Positions 20,307 through 30,620 of a DNA stretch of 64,000 nt are shown here, in pieces (position 1 is the first letter of the stretch; the number at the start of each line of letters is the position of its first letter). The stretch covers positions 96,001-160,000 of IMG/VR virus record IMGVR_UViG_3300031466_000001. One strand, 5' to 3'. The notes below the pieces were generated by a model. It did not search any database, had not been told where the DNA came from, and saw nothing but the letters and a program-made list of their open reading frames with translations. Both the position numbers and the translations under genes were made by a program. The DNA comes from a virus. Lineage: Duplodnaviria; Caudoviricetes.

Positions 20307-22415
20307 TCACCTTTTATAATCAAATTTTTTATATGCTTCATCGATTGTGATTACCGGTATATTGTGTTTCCTAGCTTTTTCAATTTTTGAACTTAATACA
20401 TTTGGTGCAGTTATCAACAAATCGATATTTTTGTTAAAAGTTTCCGTCACTCCAATATCCTTAGATTTGAGATAATTTTCAAAATCTTTGTCTCTTACTT
20501 TCGTAAAGCAAACGATCATTTTATAATCCTTTGCTTCTTCCCGTTTTACTTCAAGAACGGAACATAGAAATCTGATCAAATCTATATTGATCCTAATACC
20601 CTGAATGACTTTTTCCGCTGTCTTTTTCTGTATCCCTCCGATCTTCAGCAATTTTTCATAGTTGTTTTTAGTAGCTATGTCTAGCAGTTCGGTAAGATAA
20701 TATATATTCAAAATATTTTTAAAAATTCTCCTACCGATGCCAGGGATACCAATTGAGCCGAGCAATTCATAATCATAAACTTTCTTCCTGGAATTGATTC
20801 CTTTAATCATCTTTCGTACTGACTTTTCACCAAATCCAGGAAGTTGAGATATGATGTATTCGTGATTTTCAAGCTTATACAAATCCTCAATGCTATTGAG
20901 GAATTTATATTTGTAGAGGGTAGTTATGGTTCCCACTGAAATTTCGGGAATCTTCATTTTTTCTACATAGTTCACAATCTTTCCAATTTTCCTACAATCA
21001 CAATCAAGATTTACACAACGAAGAACCGGGTCCCTAACCAACGGTTGATTACAATATACACAGTGCGTTGGGGTTGTAAATTTCTTACCTGACCCCTTAC
21101 GACACGTTTCATCTTTCTCCAGATATGGGACGATATTATATTTAATAATAACCTCGTCACCTTCTCTAAGATCAAGACTTTCGAAAATGTCGATAGAACC
21201 GAGGGACGGACTATCAATTGTATTGCCATTGAGTTTTACCGGTTCCACAATTGCTACAGGTGTCACAGTTCCAAATACACCGACAGAGAATTCGACATTT
21301 TTCAATACCGTTTTCTTCTGTTCCGGCGGGAACTTGTAAGCCACTTCAAATTTATTTATCTTACCGTCTTCCCTACCAAGGGATTCTTGAACCATGGGAT
21401 TGGTGAGACGAATGACAACCCCATCTATATCAATACCGAATCTTTTCTCTACTTCATCTCGTATATTTTCAATTTTCTCTTTGATGTCGTCCAAATCACG
21501 CAAATTGGCCGTTGCTGAAGGATAGTCATCCAAAGTTGATTTAGGTATTTTTATTTCTTTGGTTTCATAATTTTGAACTTGCAACGGGATGATTGTAATA
21601 TACGGGAGATACTTTCTATCAAGATCTTTCGTTCTGAAAATTGAACTTACCGCAATTCTCGGATTATTAACATGGCCGAAATCTTTACAGAACTTCTCAT
21701 AATTATCTCGGCTCATGACTGTTTCGGTCTTGATACCAATCTCATAATATTTAAACTCTTCAATGAAATCAAAGCTTGTACCTTTAAACATCTTAGTCAG
21801 GTCAACAGCCTCATTTGAATCTGTATCTCCTCGACTCAAAGCTCTCTCCACAGTATGAGTTACATCCGTTTCAAATACGATAGAAATACCATCCCATTTA
21901 GGGGTTATCAAAACCTCCAGCTCATTTTCTCTGAGACTTCTCCCAAGACGATTCTCACACGATTTGATCCATTCCTCAAGAGATTTCCTTACTTCCTTCT
22001 TGTTTTTAGGTTTATCACTATTCTTGATAAAATGAATTTTATCTAAAGTTCCTCTCAGATCAGGATATTTGTGAAATCCTGTCGGTATATCTTTAACACC
22101 CACAGATGCACCAACGATTTCATTACCGTTAATGCTTCTATGGACTTCATATAATATGTCATACTCCTCATCAGGAACCGGCGATTCAATATTGCCATTG
22201 TTATAAATTTCCTGGAGGATATTAATAATCAGCTCTATTATCTCTTTATCGTCTTCGTCATAATTTTCAACTGCATTACTATAATAATTTACCAAGCTCC
22301 TAATTTTAGTCAAATTTTTCAATCTGTCTACAACTATATCGAAATCTCCTACAGTTCTGAGATTATTAAGATAAGCAACAAGTTCAGATTTTATGTTGAT
22401 TTTGTCAATCATCAC
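20307..22415 (-). CDS. ligA: NAD-dependent DNA ligase
   Basis: PDEEYD, KWDG adenylation motif, SRGD, DGVV, AYKF, C4 zinc finger, HhH, C-terminal BRCT; early and late promoters at 22485-22494 and 22441-22452. Confidence 0.93.
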   Translation of the reverse strand: MMIDKINIKSELVAYLNNLRTVGDFDIVVDRLKNLTKIRSLVNYYSNAVENYDEDDKEIIELIINILQEIYNNGNIESPVPDEEYDILYEVHRSINGNEIVGASVGVKDIPTGFHKYPDLRGTLDKIHFIKNSDKPKNKKEVRKSLEEWIKSCENRLGRSLRENELEVLITPKWDGISIVFETDVTHTVERALSRGDTDSNEAVDLTKMFKGTSFDFIEEFKYYEIGIKTETVMSRDNYEKFCKDFGHVNNPRIAVSSIFRTKDLDRKYLPYITIIPLQVQNYETKEIKIPKSTLDDYPSATANLRDLDDIKEKIENIRDEVEKRFGIDIDGVVIRLTNPMVQESLGREDGKINKFEVAYKFPPEQKKTVLKNVEFSVGVFGTVTPVAIVEPVKLNGNTIDSPSLGSIDIFESLDLREGDEVIIKYNIVPYLEKDETCRKGSGKKFTTPTHCVYCNQPLVRDPVLRCVNLDCDCRKIGKIVNYVEKMKIPEISVGTITTLYKYKFLNSIEDLYKLENHEYIISQLPGFGEKSVRKMIKGINSRKKVYDYELLGSIGIPGIGRRIFKNILNIYYLTELLDIATKNNYEKLLKIGGIQKKTAEKVIQGIRINIDLIRFLCSVLEVKREEAKDYKMIVCFTKVRDKDFENYLKSKDIGVTETFNKNIDLLITAPNVLSSKIEKARKHNIPVITIDEAYKKFDYKR

Positions 22416-22542
22416 ACATATTCCTCCTATCTTTATCCGTTAATTGTCTGTTTTCTTACACATCATATTCTACTTCACAAATTAATAATATATAAACAAA
22501 AAAAACAGGCTGGGAACATTTATCCCCCAGCCTGTTTTAAAC

Positions 22543-23361
22543 TCACCGAATTTGGCTGAGCTTATTTCCGAATCCCGAAATAACATCACCGAAACTCGGA
22601 AACGCGAAAACTCCCGGTTTGGCGTTATCATCTTGAACGGGATTGGAAGAATCATTGTCGCTGATTGAAACGACCTTACCTTGGGATACCATGAAGACCT
22701 TATCGTCATCGGTCCCCCTGGTTTTCTCCCCTTGAGCTGCCGCTTCTTGAGCCTTATTTTTGTCGGCTTTCTCAGACTCAAGACGGATGGCCGCAACCAT
22801 ATCCATGATTTCAAGAACATATTTGTCCTCGCTGACAAACTTGTGGACCACATTTTTCAGCAGTTCACGAAGCTTGTCATTCATGTGCGGCGCGATCTGT
22901 TCATCCTCCGAGATGGCCGTCCAGATCAGTGAACTGATGAGCTGTCGCCAATCCTCTTGAGTGAAATTTGCAGTATCCTTGTTGTTGGCAACAATCTGTT
23001 CTACTGCTTTATGCATGAACGATTGTGCCTTTTCATAGAAGTACCTGCGCGCATTCGTGTCGTCGATCGGAATCTCCTCAATATTGAGGAGATTATTGAC
23101 CCAGTCCTGACTGGGGTCCTCATAGGTTACCGGAAAACTCAGCCTATTCAGTTTTGCGACATCTTCAGCAAGCTCCTCCTGTGCAACCATTGTCTTGATG
23201 TCGACGCGCAAGACCCCGTCACTTTCATCGGGCGAGGATGTCGCTCCTTCAGTGACAACATAGGTCGACCCGTTCGCCACAGTGTCGAACGTCGGACCGT
23301 CCTTTCCCGTCTTTTTGGTCGATTTGTTGGTCGCCTTGGGGAAAGTATCTTTTTTAGCCAT
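22543..23361 (-). CDS. ParA-associated hypothetical protein (no ParB domain recognised)
   Basis: Start overlaps parA stop; basic N-terminal peptide, acidic helical core, amphipathic C-terminus. Confidence 0.7.
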   Translation of the reverse strand: MAKKDTFPKATNKSTKKTGKDGPTFDTVANGSTYVVTEGATSSPDESDGVLRVDIKTMVAQEELAEDVAKLNRLSFPVTYEDPSQDWVNNLLNIEEIPIDDTNARRYFYEKAQSFMHKAVEQIVANNKDTANFTQEDWRQLISSLIWTAISEDEQIAPHMNDKLRELLKNVVHKFVSEDKYVLEIMDMVAAIRLESEKADKNKAQEAAAQGEKTRGTDDDKVFMVSQGKVVSISDNDSSNPVQDDNAKPGVFAFPSFGDVISGFGNKLSQIR

Positions 23362-24148
23362 ATTTTAAAACCTCCCAAATTTCTTGATATAAATCAAAGT
23401 ATTTTCTTGAAGTTGGATGGTCCGGATCATGTAACGTAGAGGGTAATCCACCATACGCTACAGATGAAGCGAACCGTATAGATTTAGGGATAACCGTTTC
23501 AAACAGAGTTATTCCGGCTCCTTGGCAGAACTGTCTACATTTTGCAAGAATATCACTGTGAAGAACAGTCTTGGTGTCAACTATGGTAGCAATAACTCCA
23601 CCAACTTCCGCTTTGGCACCATGGTCCTGCTTGAATTCCGAAATAGCAGACAAAATCTTAACCAGCGAACGCATAGAATACGTCTCTGGTTGAAATGGTA
23701 TGAACAACTTGTCGACAAATTTGATAATGTTTCCCTGCATCAATCCGAAATGTGCTGGGGAATCCACAAGAACGAAATCATAGTTCTTGGCAATACTGGA
23801 TAATGACTCACGCATTAGATCAAACGGTTTGGGGAATTCTACGAAATTCCCTATAACCTTGAAGTCCAAACTTTCCAAACGATCATTTGCCGGAATAATG
23901 TCAATGTTTTTCGTCAGTTTAATTACGGCTTTCTCTGCGGGTATTTTCCCAGTCAAAACTTCAAACAACGTGTTTTTAACATTGTCAGGATTTTTTCCGA
24001 ACGAGAGTAAGCAATCACCTTGCGCATCAGTATCAACGATGAGGACTTTATATTTTCGGGAAAGAACTCCTGCAACATTTACCGTCAACGACGTTTTAAG
24101 TACTCCACCTTTGCGCGTAGAAAAAGCTATGACAAAAGTATTCTTCAC
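23354..24148 (-). CDS. parA: ParA/Soj-family ATPase
   Basis: Deviant Walker A RKGGVLKT, A' VDTDAQG, B YDFVLVDSP; two early motifs upstream (24174-24183, 24233-24242). Confidence 0.9.
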   Translation of the reverse strand: MKNTFVIAFSTRKGGVLKTSLTVNVAGVLSRKYKVLIVDTDAQGDCLLSFGKNPDNVKNTLFEVLTGKIPAEKAVIKLTKNIDIIPANDRLESLDFKVIGNFVEFPKPFDLMRESLSSIAKNYDFVLVDSPAHFGLMQGNIIKFVDKLFIPFQPETYSMRSLVKILSAISEFKQDHGAKAEVGGVIATIVDTKTVLHSDILAKCRQFCQGAGITLFETVIPKSIRFASSVAYGGLPSTLHDPDHPTSRKYFDLYQEIWEVLKYG

Positions 24149-24258
24149 GACTTATTCCTCCTACGACACAGGAATAATATATAAACAAAAACTGAGTGGG
24201 TCTTATTCCTGCTTCCTATCCCACTCACTTTTATAATATATAGATAAACGCATTAAAA

Positions 24259-24301
24259 AAACGATAAATACCTAGTGTTAAACACTAGGTATTTATCGTT
24301 T
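24259..24301. terminator. 21-bp perfect inverted repeat terminator
   Basis: AAACGATAAATACCTAGTGTT-A-AACACTAGGTATTTATCGTTT at the glycosyltransferase stop. Confidence 0.75.
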
Positions 24302-25259
24302 AAATTTCATTCAATGCTCTGATAATATCTCTAGCTCTTTGTTCATATGTATGTTTTTCATAAACCAATTTTTGTCCTTCCAAAGCAATCTTTTTCCGCT
24401 TATCTTCATTGTAGAGATAGTAATTAATGAGTTCATATGTTTCTTCCACACTAGACGAAGCAACAAGATGCTTATGGTTGACAAACATGGATTCTATGGC
24501 TTTAGTTCTGGATGTAAGGAAAAATCCACCGCATCCCAGAACTTCAAATGTTCTCATTGATTGCATAGTCGTAGAATCTACTACGGAATGCACTCCGAGA
24601 ACAAACTTGACATTCGAGTATGCGTGGAGGGTTTCTTCCATAGGCATGTATCCTTTATAAACCTCATTAGGTACATGATACCTAAATTGAGGATTGACCC
24701 ATTCAGGCCCTCCGTAAATCTCAATGTTTCGTCCAAGATTAATAAACGGTTGAATAATAATTTGATAAGCTTCATATCTCGTATCGTAATAATTATAGTT
24801 ATTGCCAATGAAAATAGCGTCGAGATCTTTATACTTAGGATTGCTACCCTTGTTGTTATGAACACTGGGATCAATAGCAAAAGGTACACAAATTGCTTTA
24901 ATCCCATTTTGCTCATATTTTGGGATTGCCTCAATACAAGGAGTTGCAACAAGTACAGATCTCTTACCCCAGTCTTGAGAAAGAGTATCGATCCATACAG
25001 GATCTTCAATACCCCAATAAATCATTTTCAAACCAAACTCTTCAACTACAGGAAATACCCATCTATCGGCGTTGATTCCGCCCTCCATGAGAACGTAATC
25101 AGGTTTAAATTCATCCAATTTTTTCTTAAATCCTTCGATAGTAGCTTCTTCAGGGAATAATAACATTTCAGTTTCCCAACCGTTTTTCTCAAAGCCAATC
25201 TTCAAACCATATTTGATAATTGGCGCAGAGTTAAGGAATAAAATTTTCATTCCGTACAC
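24300..25259 (-). CDS. CgeB-family glycosyltransferase
   Basis: W.IEDP, FIGN.Y..R, SMRTFEVLGCGGFFLT, HTYEQRA: Glyco_trans_1_2/CgeB pattern; late motif 25283-25294. Confidence 0.85.
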   Translation of the reverse strand: MYGMKILFLNSAPIIKYGLKIGFEKNGWETEMLLFPEEATIEGFKKKLDEFKPDYVLMEGGINADRWVFPVVEEFGLKMIYWGIEDPVWIDTLSQDWGKRSVLVATPCIEAIPKYEQNGIKAICVPFAIDPSVHNNKGSNPKYKDLDAIFIGNNYNYYDTRYEAYQIIIQPFINLGRNIEIYGGPEWVNPQFRYHVPNEVYKGYMPMEETLHAYSNVKFVLGVHSVVDSTTMQSMRTFEVLGCGGFFLTSRTKAIESMFVNHKHLVASSSVEETYELINYYLYNEDKRKKIALEGQKLVYEKHTYEQRARDIIRALNEI

Positions 25260-25357
25260 TCCTTATTGAAGGTATTTCTAATTAAAAAAATGTTCTCTAT
25301 GTTACTAAAAATTAGTCAATAGACAAAAAAAATAAAAGAGGGTATTTTATACCCTCT

Positions 25358-27634
25358 TTAAACATCAATTTCAACTACCAACATTTTTTCACGTCTCTTT
25401 GCCAGCTCGATTTCCCGCTGAATCTTTTCTTCAACTTCTTCAGGTGTACCGACGAGAATGATGTCGCCTTGAAATTTCTTTCGGACATCAATTTCTAGCT
25501 TAATGTCATTGAATTCTCTTTCTGTGCAAATGAACAGTCTACCATCGTATTCGTAATCCTTGATCAGGTCAGTATCGATCTTGACAACATACTTATCTTC
25601 TTCGAATTCAATTTTCAATCCTAAAAAGAGAAGATATGCGTTCAAGATCTCAACGTTCCTGTTTATGAAATCATTTCGATCGTTGAATTTCTTCATCTCT
25701 TTGAGATTGGTCATAAGTTCTTCACCAAGATCCCTACGACCAAGTACAGATGATCTGTAGAAGAGATGAAGTTTTGCAATAATATTTGTATCTACACCGA
25801 TGGCACTGTTTATATTTTCTTGGTCGCCAATTCTGATAGGTGTTTTACTATAAAGCTCTTGGTGAGTTTTAGCTTTATTCGTTTTCTCAGGAAGACCTTT
25901 TCTTGATAAACCTCCAGTAGACCGTACACTAAGGCCCTTTTTCGAAGTTTGTTTCAGTTTGAGAATATACATGTCGCCTACAATCAGTGGCTTAAGAATT
26001 TTTATGGTTCGACCAAATTTATTGACATACACGTTATAGGGTTTTATCCAATCGAACTCTTTATAAATCTTCCTAAGTCTATCAAACAACGGCTCAGTTT
26101 CCCATAATGGAGGGACATGGATATAAATTCCCTCTTTGATAATATTATCAAAGAACGTTTCCCTGGACTTTTTGTTGAGAGATTTAATATATTTGGAAAG
26201 TTTCTCAGCTTGCCGTTCATTGAAATGCTGGACAATTCTCACGAGAAGATCTTCTTTTTCATCCAAAGAACTCAATGTAGCCAGTTTTTCCCGAACCCGG
26301 TTACAAATAAACGTTATCGACTGTTCATAAAGCTGCATGGAATTCAACCGGTTAATAACCCCAAGGCTATTGAAAATGACATCGATCCGTTCTCCAGTTT
26401 CGAGGAATGGCATTTCTTCATCTGGTACAATTACCGATACAACACCTTTATTACCATGTCGTCCAGTAATTTTTTGACCAGCACTGAGAGAGATATTTCT
26501 CTCAATCGTGAATTCAATGATCATGTTACTGAATACGGAATTATCTTCTTCTCTCCACTTATAATTTTCGTCAAGATAGTTCTTTGCTCGTTTGTAATAA
26601 TAGTTAATGTCTGATGAATAGTTAGAACCTGATTCAATGATTTTCTTACAACGGAGATAGATCTTTCGATAGAAGTTCTCCTGAAGCTCCAAGTATTTGA
26701 TAAATTGAGAATTGAAGCTATTTCTCTCAATCTTATCGAGAGGTTTATTGCAATAGATATTTATATCTACTACTCGCCCCTCGCAGAAATAAAGAGTATC
26801 GGAAGAATAATTGATCTTTCTGAGATTGGATTTTTTCAAATCGTAAAGCAATTGAGAATTGTGAATTCTTCTTTTTGCACAAACGATCCTATCGACGACA
26901 AACTCATTGATATCCGGAAAGCACTTATATGTTTCGGAGTCGCCATAAATGTTCGGAAGTATGTCATTATCGTTTACCGAAACCTTTACGGTTTCAATCT
27001 CTTTGGACAACATTTCATTCGCCAGAGATTGAGATACCTTAACAGCATCTTCAATGGTATAGTTGTCCAACAGATAAACGAATTTTACGTTCTTACCATA
27101 ACAATAGTTCATATTGTCATCATACGACGTTGTCTTATAGAGAACTTCTCCCTTTTTGACAACGTCGCCAACTTTTTTCGAATCGATAACATCGGTGTTA
27201 TATGAATAGCCGAATTTCTCGGTCAAATCTTCAACAACACGTTTTTCAATGATGTCGTACATATCCTTCTCTTTGTCATAGACAAACAAGAAGTAAATAT
27301 GATCATCATTGACACCATCTTCATACTTGGAAACCTTATCGATGATTTCCAAATCGGATTTGGCTTTATAATAGCCAGTAGAATTCTTACCAACAATATT
27401 TTCATAGTTGGTGAACACAAACGGGAAATCCGGATTAACGAGATTCACAGCCTGACGAAGATGGCTTGTAAACATAATATTTCTGGCCGAACTGATATAT
27501 CCAGGATTGGTAAGCAATGTTGCTCCGAATATATCGTCTTTAAAACTGAATTCTTTTTCTTTCTCAGCCAATGCCTCTCTAAGACTTAAAGTTTCTGAGG
27601 GTGCCTCTCTTCTACCTTGAGCCATTCCAACCAT
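25358..27634 (-). CDS. RNA polymerase beta subunit, C-terminal half (probably non-virion RNAP)
   Basis: MFTSHLRQAV, YTIEDA, GQKITGRHGNKGVVS, MPF, N.LGV.NRLN, GDMYILKL, PIRIGDQE; early motif 27663-27672. Confidence 0.92.
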   Translation of the reverse strand: MVGMAQGRREAPSETLSLREALAEKEKEFSFKDDIFGATLLTNPGYISSARNIMFTSHLRQAVNLVNPDFPFVFTNYENIVGKNSTGYYKAKSDLEIIDKVSKYEDGVNDDHIYFLFVYDKEKDMYDIIEKRVVEDLTEKFGYSYNTDVIDSKKVGDVVKKGEVLYKTTSYDDNMNYCYGKNVKFVYLLDNYTIEDAVKVSQSLANEMLSKEIETVKVSVNDNDILPNIYGDSETYKCFPDINEFVVDRIVCAKRRIHNSQLLYDLKKSNLRKINYSSDTLYFCEGRVVDINIYCNKPLDKIERNSFNSQFIKYLELQENFYRKIYLRCKKIIESGSNYSSDINYYYKRAKNYLDENYKWREEDNSVFSNMIIEFTIERNISLSAGQKITGRHGNKGVVSVIVPDEEMPFLETGERIDVIFNSLGVINRLNSMQLYEQSITFICNRVREKLATLSSLDEKEDLLVRIVQHFNERQAEKLSKYIKSLNKKSRETFFDNIIKEGIYIHVPPLWETEPLFDRLRKIYKEFDWIKPYNVYVNKFGRTIKILKPLIVGDMYILKLKQTSKKGLSVRSTGGLSRKGLPEKTNKAKTHQELYSKTPIRIGDQENINSAIGVDTNIIAKLHLFYRSSVLGRRDLGEELMTNLKEMKKFNDRNDFINRNVEILNAYLLFLGLKIEFEEDKYVVKIDTDLIKDYEYDGRLFICTEREFNDIKLEIDVRKKFQGDIILVGTPEEVEEKIQREIELAKRREKMLVVEIDV

Positions 27635-27690
27635 CCCTTCTTTTTTCTTTCTATACCTATTTATAATATATAAAATAAAGAAGCGATGGT

Positions 27691-28962
27691 TTACACCACC
27701 GCTCCTAATTCACTAACTTCATCGTATGCTTCACCCTCTTGAGATCTACTCAAGCGGATAAGAGTTTCCGTAAGGTCGACAACCTTAGAGGTTTCATCGG
27801 GATCGACTCTAGAGAGTTGCTTTTCAAGTAACGGGATAGTTGAATTGTATAGTGCGAATCTGAGTTTTTCGTCAGCCATAAAACTCTCACGAAGTTTTCT
27901 GTCGTCAAATTTAATGTCTTCATAGCCAATGACATACTTTTTAGGATTCTTGCCGCCGATAAGTTCATTGGCTTGAGCAAATGCATATTGCGAATAAATA
28001 TGGTCAAAACCACACATTTGATTGTAAACCAAATCACAATATTGCCCAGCCATATTGGTTCTGGATTTGAGAAAGTCTACTCTAACATCAAAACCGTTAA
28101 AACCATCTTTATCCATCGTACGTTTATCCCCAACTTTAGATGTGAATTTCACGAGAGTGTTAGCATAATAAAGTGGAGCGAAACCACCTGGAATAGATTC
28201 ATCCATACCAAGATAATTGAGCTGGGGTTGTGTACGTTGCATCGGATTGATATTGATTTTAGTTTTGAGATGGTTAATTGCAATGACGATGATATTATAG
28301 CTCTTAATGACAGGGATTAGTCGGTTGTAAAATTGTGAAAGTGCTCTTGCTACACGGTTGGCATACGTCATACCCGCCATACCTTCCATTTCTTCTTCCT
28401 TGGATGCCATGACAGGAATGGAGTCAATAATGACAACCGTAGGCACAAAAGCCATGATGGGATTACCGAATTCATCTTTTAATTTTGTGTCATACATCAT
28501 ATTTTCACGTTCTTCTTCTTTAACTTTGCAGATAGCAAGAATAGCATCGAGGATATCCTCAATATAGCTTTCCTCTTGTTTAAGAACGTATTTTTCTTCG
28601 AGTTCAACAGTCGAAAAACCGGTAACGTTCCTAACACGAGTATATGTAGTAGCTCGTTCGAGATCATAATGCTGGACGAAACCATTCGGAAAAGGACGCA
28701 CAATATTAGCTGCCGCCTGAATAGCAAATGTGGATTTAGCTGTACCGGGTTTTCCAATAATGGTTACAAAGGAACCTCCAAGAATACCAACAGAAGGATA
28801 TTCTTCTACCAGGCTGTCGTTGTTGTCTTTTACCTGGATCATATATCCATTACGATAATCAAAGGTTGAGAATCCTGTTCTATAACTAATAGAAGTTTGT
28901 GTTTTTCTGAAGAGACCACGTTTGTCATTTTCCCTGAGACGGGCCAAAAGTCTATTAGACAT
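27691..28962 (-). CDS. recA: RecA/UvsX-like recombinase
   Basis: TGF..FD, Walker A GKPGTAKS, YDLE, VIIDSI, INHL, PGG.A..YYA. Confidence 0.88.
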   Translation of the reverse strand: MSNRLLARLRENDKRGLFRKTQTSISYRTGFSTFDYRNGYMIQVKDNNDSLVEEYPSVGILGGSFVTIIGKPGTAKSTFAIQAAANIVRPFPNGFVQHYDLERATTYTRVRNVTGFSTVELEEKYVLKQEESYIEDILDAILAICKVKEEERENMMYDTKLKDEFGNPIMAFVPTVVIIDSIPVMASKEEEMEGMAGMTYANRVARALSQFYNRLIPVIKSYNIIVIAINHLKTKININPMQRTQPQLNYLGMDESIPGGFAPLYYANTLVKFTSKVGDKRTMDKDGFNGFDVRVDFLKSRTNMAGQYCDLVYNQMCGFDHIYSQYAFAQANELIGGKNPKKYVIGYEDIKFDDRKLRESFMADEKLRFALYNSTIPLLEKQLSRVDPDETSKVVDLTETLIRLSRSQEGEAYDEVSELGAVV

Positions 28963-29161
28963 ATTTAAACATCCTTCCTACAATTTTAGGAATTTTAACA
29001 AGACGAACAGGCTTAAACTTCTTTTTATATTTCAACAAAATTTGACCACAATCATCACATTTGATAACTTTAAAAGTAGATTCATGAATGGGGGTCGCTT
29101 TATCTCATTTTGCGATACCACAAGTAGGACAAATCAATTCTTCGGTGACCATACATACCAT
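28955..29161 (-). pseudogene. Zinc-ribbon gene with in-frame TGA
   Basis: GGAGG RBS; MVCMVTEELICPTCGIAK*DKATPIHESTFKVIKCDDCGQ..., 69 codons in one frame, stop overlapping recA start. Confidence 0.6.
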
Positions 29162-29270
29162 ACTTCCTCCTATTCGTTATATAGTTTAATATAAAGTTCC
29201 TCATATAATAAAAAGAAAAAAAATAGGTAAGACCAGATGCAGAAGAGCATCTGGTCTTACCATTACGTTA

Positions 29271-30188
29271 TTAGTACTTAACTTTGAGGATTCGACGATC
29301 AGAGAAGAGTCCGTAAACGAGTTTGAATTCGTGCAGGAAATTGACTTCTTGACCGTAAACGTCTTCAAATGCTTCGATAGCGTCATCGTACTTGTACGAC
29401 GACGAGTTCACGAAGAGCGTAACAGCAGAGAAGAATTGCGACTTGACGTCTTCAACAACTTCTCTGACCGTTTCCGGCGTAACTTCAACGATCGTATGCT
29501 TACTCGGATCGATAAGCTCATCGAGCTTAGCACGATCACCCGGCAGGGTAAGAACCAGATGAGTAACACGAGCCGGGCGGAAACGTTTAACTGCGATGAA
29601 ATCATACGATTCGTCATCCGGAAGCTTCTCGCCACCAGTGATGTTCAGTACGATTCCTTCTTCGCTGCTGGAGAATTCATATGTAGTAAGCTCGCGGGTT
29701 TCTTCTTCCAGAAGCGTAAAGGTGAACTTCGAAGACGGGTTGTTGAACGAAACGATGAACGAAAATTCACCGCTATAGACAAAACTTTCCAGAAGGAAAG
29801 TGTTATGATTGTCCATGGAGACAATCTTCCGGCCACGCAGACGAACCGATGCGAGTAGAATGTCCTTGACATTCTCAGCGCTCTCGCTAACGAACGGCCG
29901 GAACGCTTTGCGATTGAAGGTGATATTGGTGTTACGAGTCGGGATGGAACAAACCACACCCTTGTCGTTGTTCACTTCACCTTTAACGATTTCAACAACT
30001 TGGTCATAATCTTCAAAGATCGAGTGATAAGCAAGAATCGAAATTACTTGTCGCGTGATCTTTTTACGTTTGTTGTTGAATCGACTTTCCGGCGCATCTT
30101 TGCGCTTCATGAAACGGACAACATTTCCAGAATCGTTGATTTTTTCGATGGTCCACTGATTTTTTGTTTCATTGTAGATGCTGAACAT
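29271..30188 (-). CDS. Hypothetical protein, high-expression codon bias
   Basis: GGAGGT RBS before ATG 30188; late motif 30217-30228; terminator hairpin downstream. Confidence 0.8.
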   Translation of the reverse strand: MFSIYNETKNQWTIEKINDSGNVVRFMKRKDAPESRFNNKRKKITRQVISILAYHSIFEDYDQVVEIVKGEVNNDKGVVCSIPTRNTNITFNRKAFRPFVSESAENVKDILLASVRLRGRKIVSMDNHNTFLLESFVYSGEFSFIVSFNNPSSKFTFTLLEEETRELTTYEFSSSEEGIVLNITGGEKLPDDESYDFIAVKRFRPARVTHLVLTLPGDRAKLDELIDPSKHTIVEVTPETVREVVEDVKSQFFSAVTLFVNSSSYKYDDAIEAFEDVYGQEVNFLHEFKLVYGLFSDRRILKVKY

Positions 30189-30273
30189 TTGTTCTACCTC
30201 CATTGTGATTGGAATCTAATGAATTGTTAATAATTTAATAAAGAAATATTTGGAAAAAAAGTGATCCGGAAAT

Positions 30274-30540
30274 TTATCCCAGATCAACTTTTACATTCCC
30301 ATATTGATCGGTGATCATAAAACCACCATTTTCTTTTTTAACGTCGCTTGCATCAAGCTTTCGGTCGTCTCTCCGAAACTTCATTCTAACGGAACCATCG
30401 CCGTCAACGTATATATTTATGTTCCTTGATGACCCAGCGACGCCAAGGAGTTCGATTCGACCAAACACTCTTTCCAGTATATCAAGCTGATCTTTGGTTC
30501 CAGTAATAGTATAAGTTCTGGTCTCTTTCTCCATATGCAT
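30274..30540 (-). CDS. Hypothetical phage protein
   Basis: 88 aa, AAGGAG RBS; G..GSSR.I.IYVDGDG motif. Confidence 0.65.
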   Translation of the reverse strand: MHMEKETRTYTITGTKDQLDILERVFGRIELLGVAGSSRNINIYVDGDGSVRMKFRRDDRKLDASDVKKENGGFMITDQYGNVKVDLG

Positions 30541-30620
30541 TCTCCTTATGCTATTTTATTATTTTTTCGAGAAGAAAAATAAACGCGGAGTGTGATCAAC
30601 ACACTCCGCGTTTCTGGTAA

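Noticed and set aside
28955-29161. Genome-wide TGA or TAA reassignment
   Set aside because: Many intact genes (portal, ligase, parA partner, fibre) end cleanly at TGA and long genes have no internal stops; no suppressor tRNA in the window
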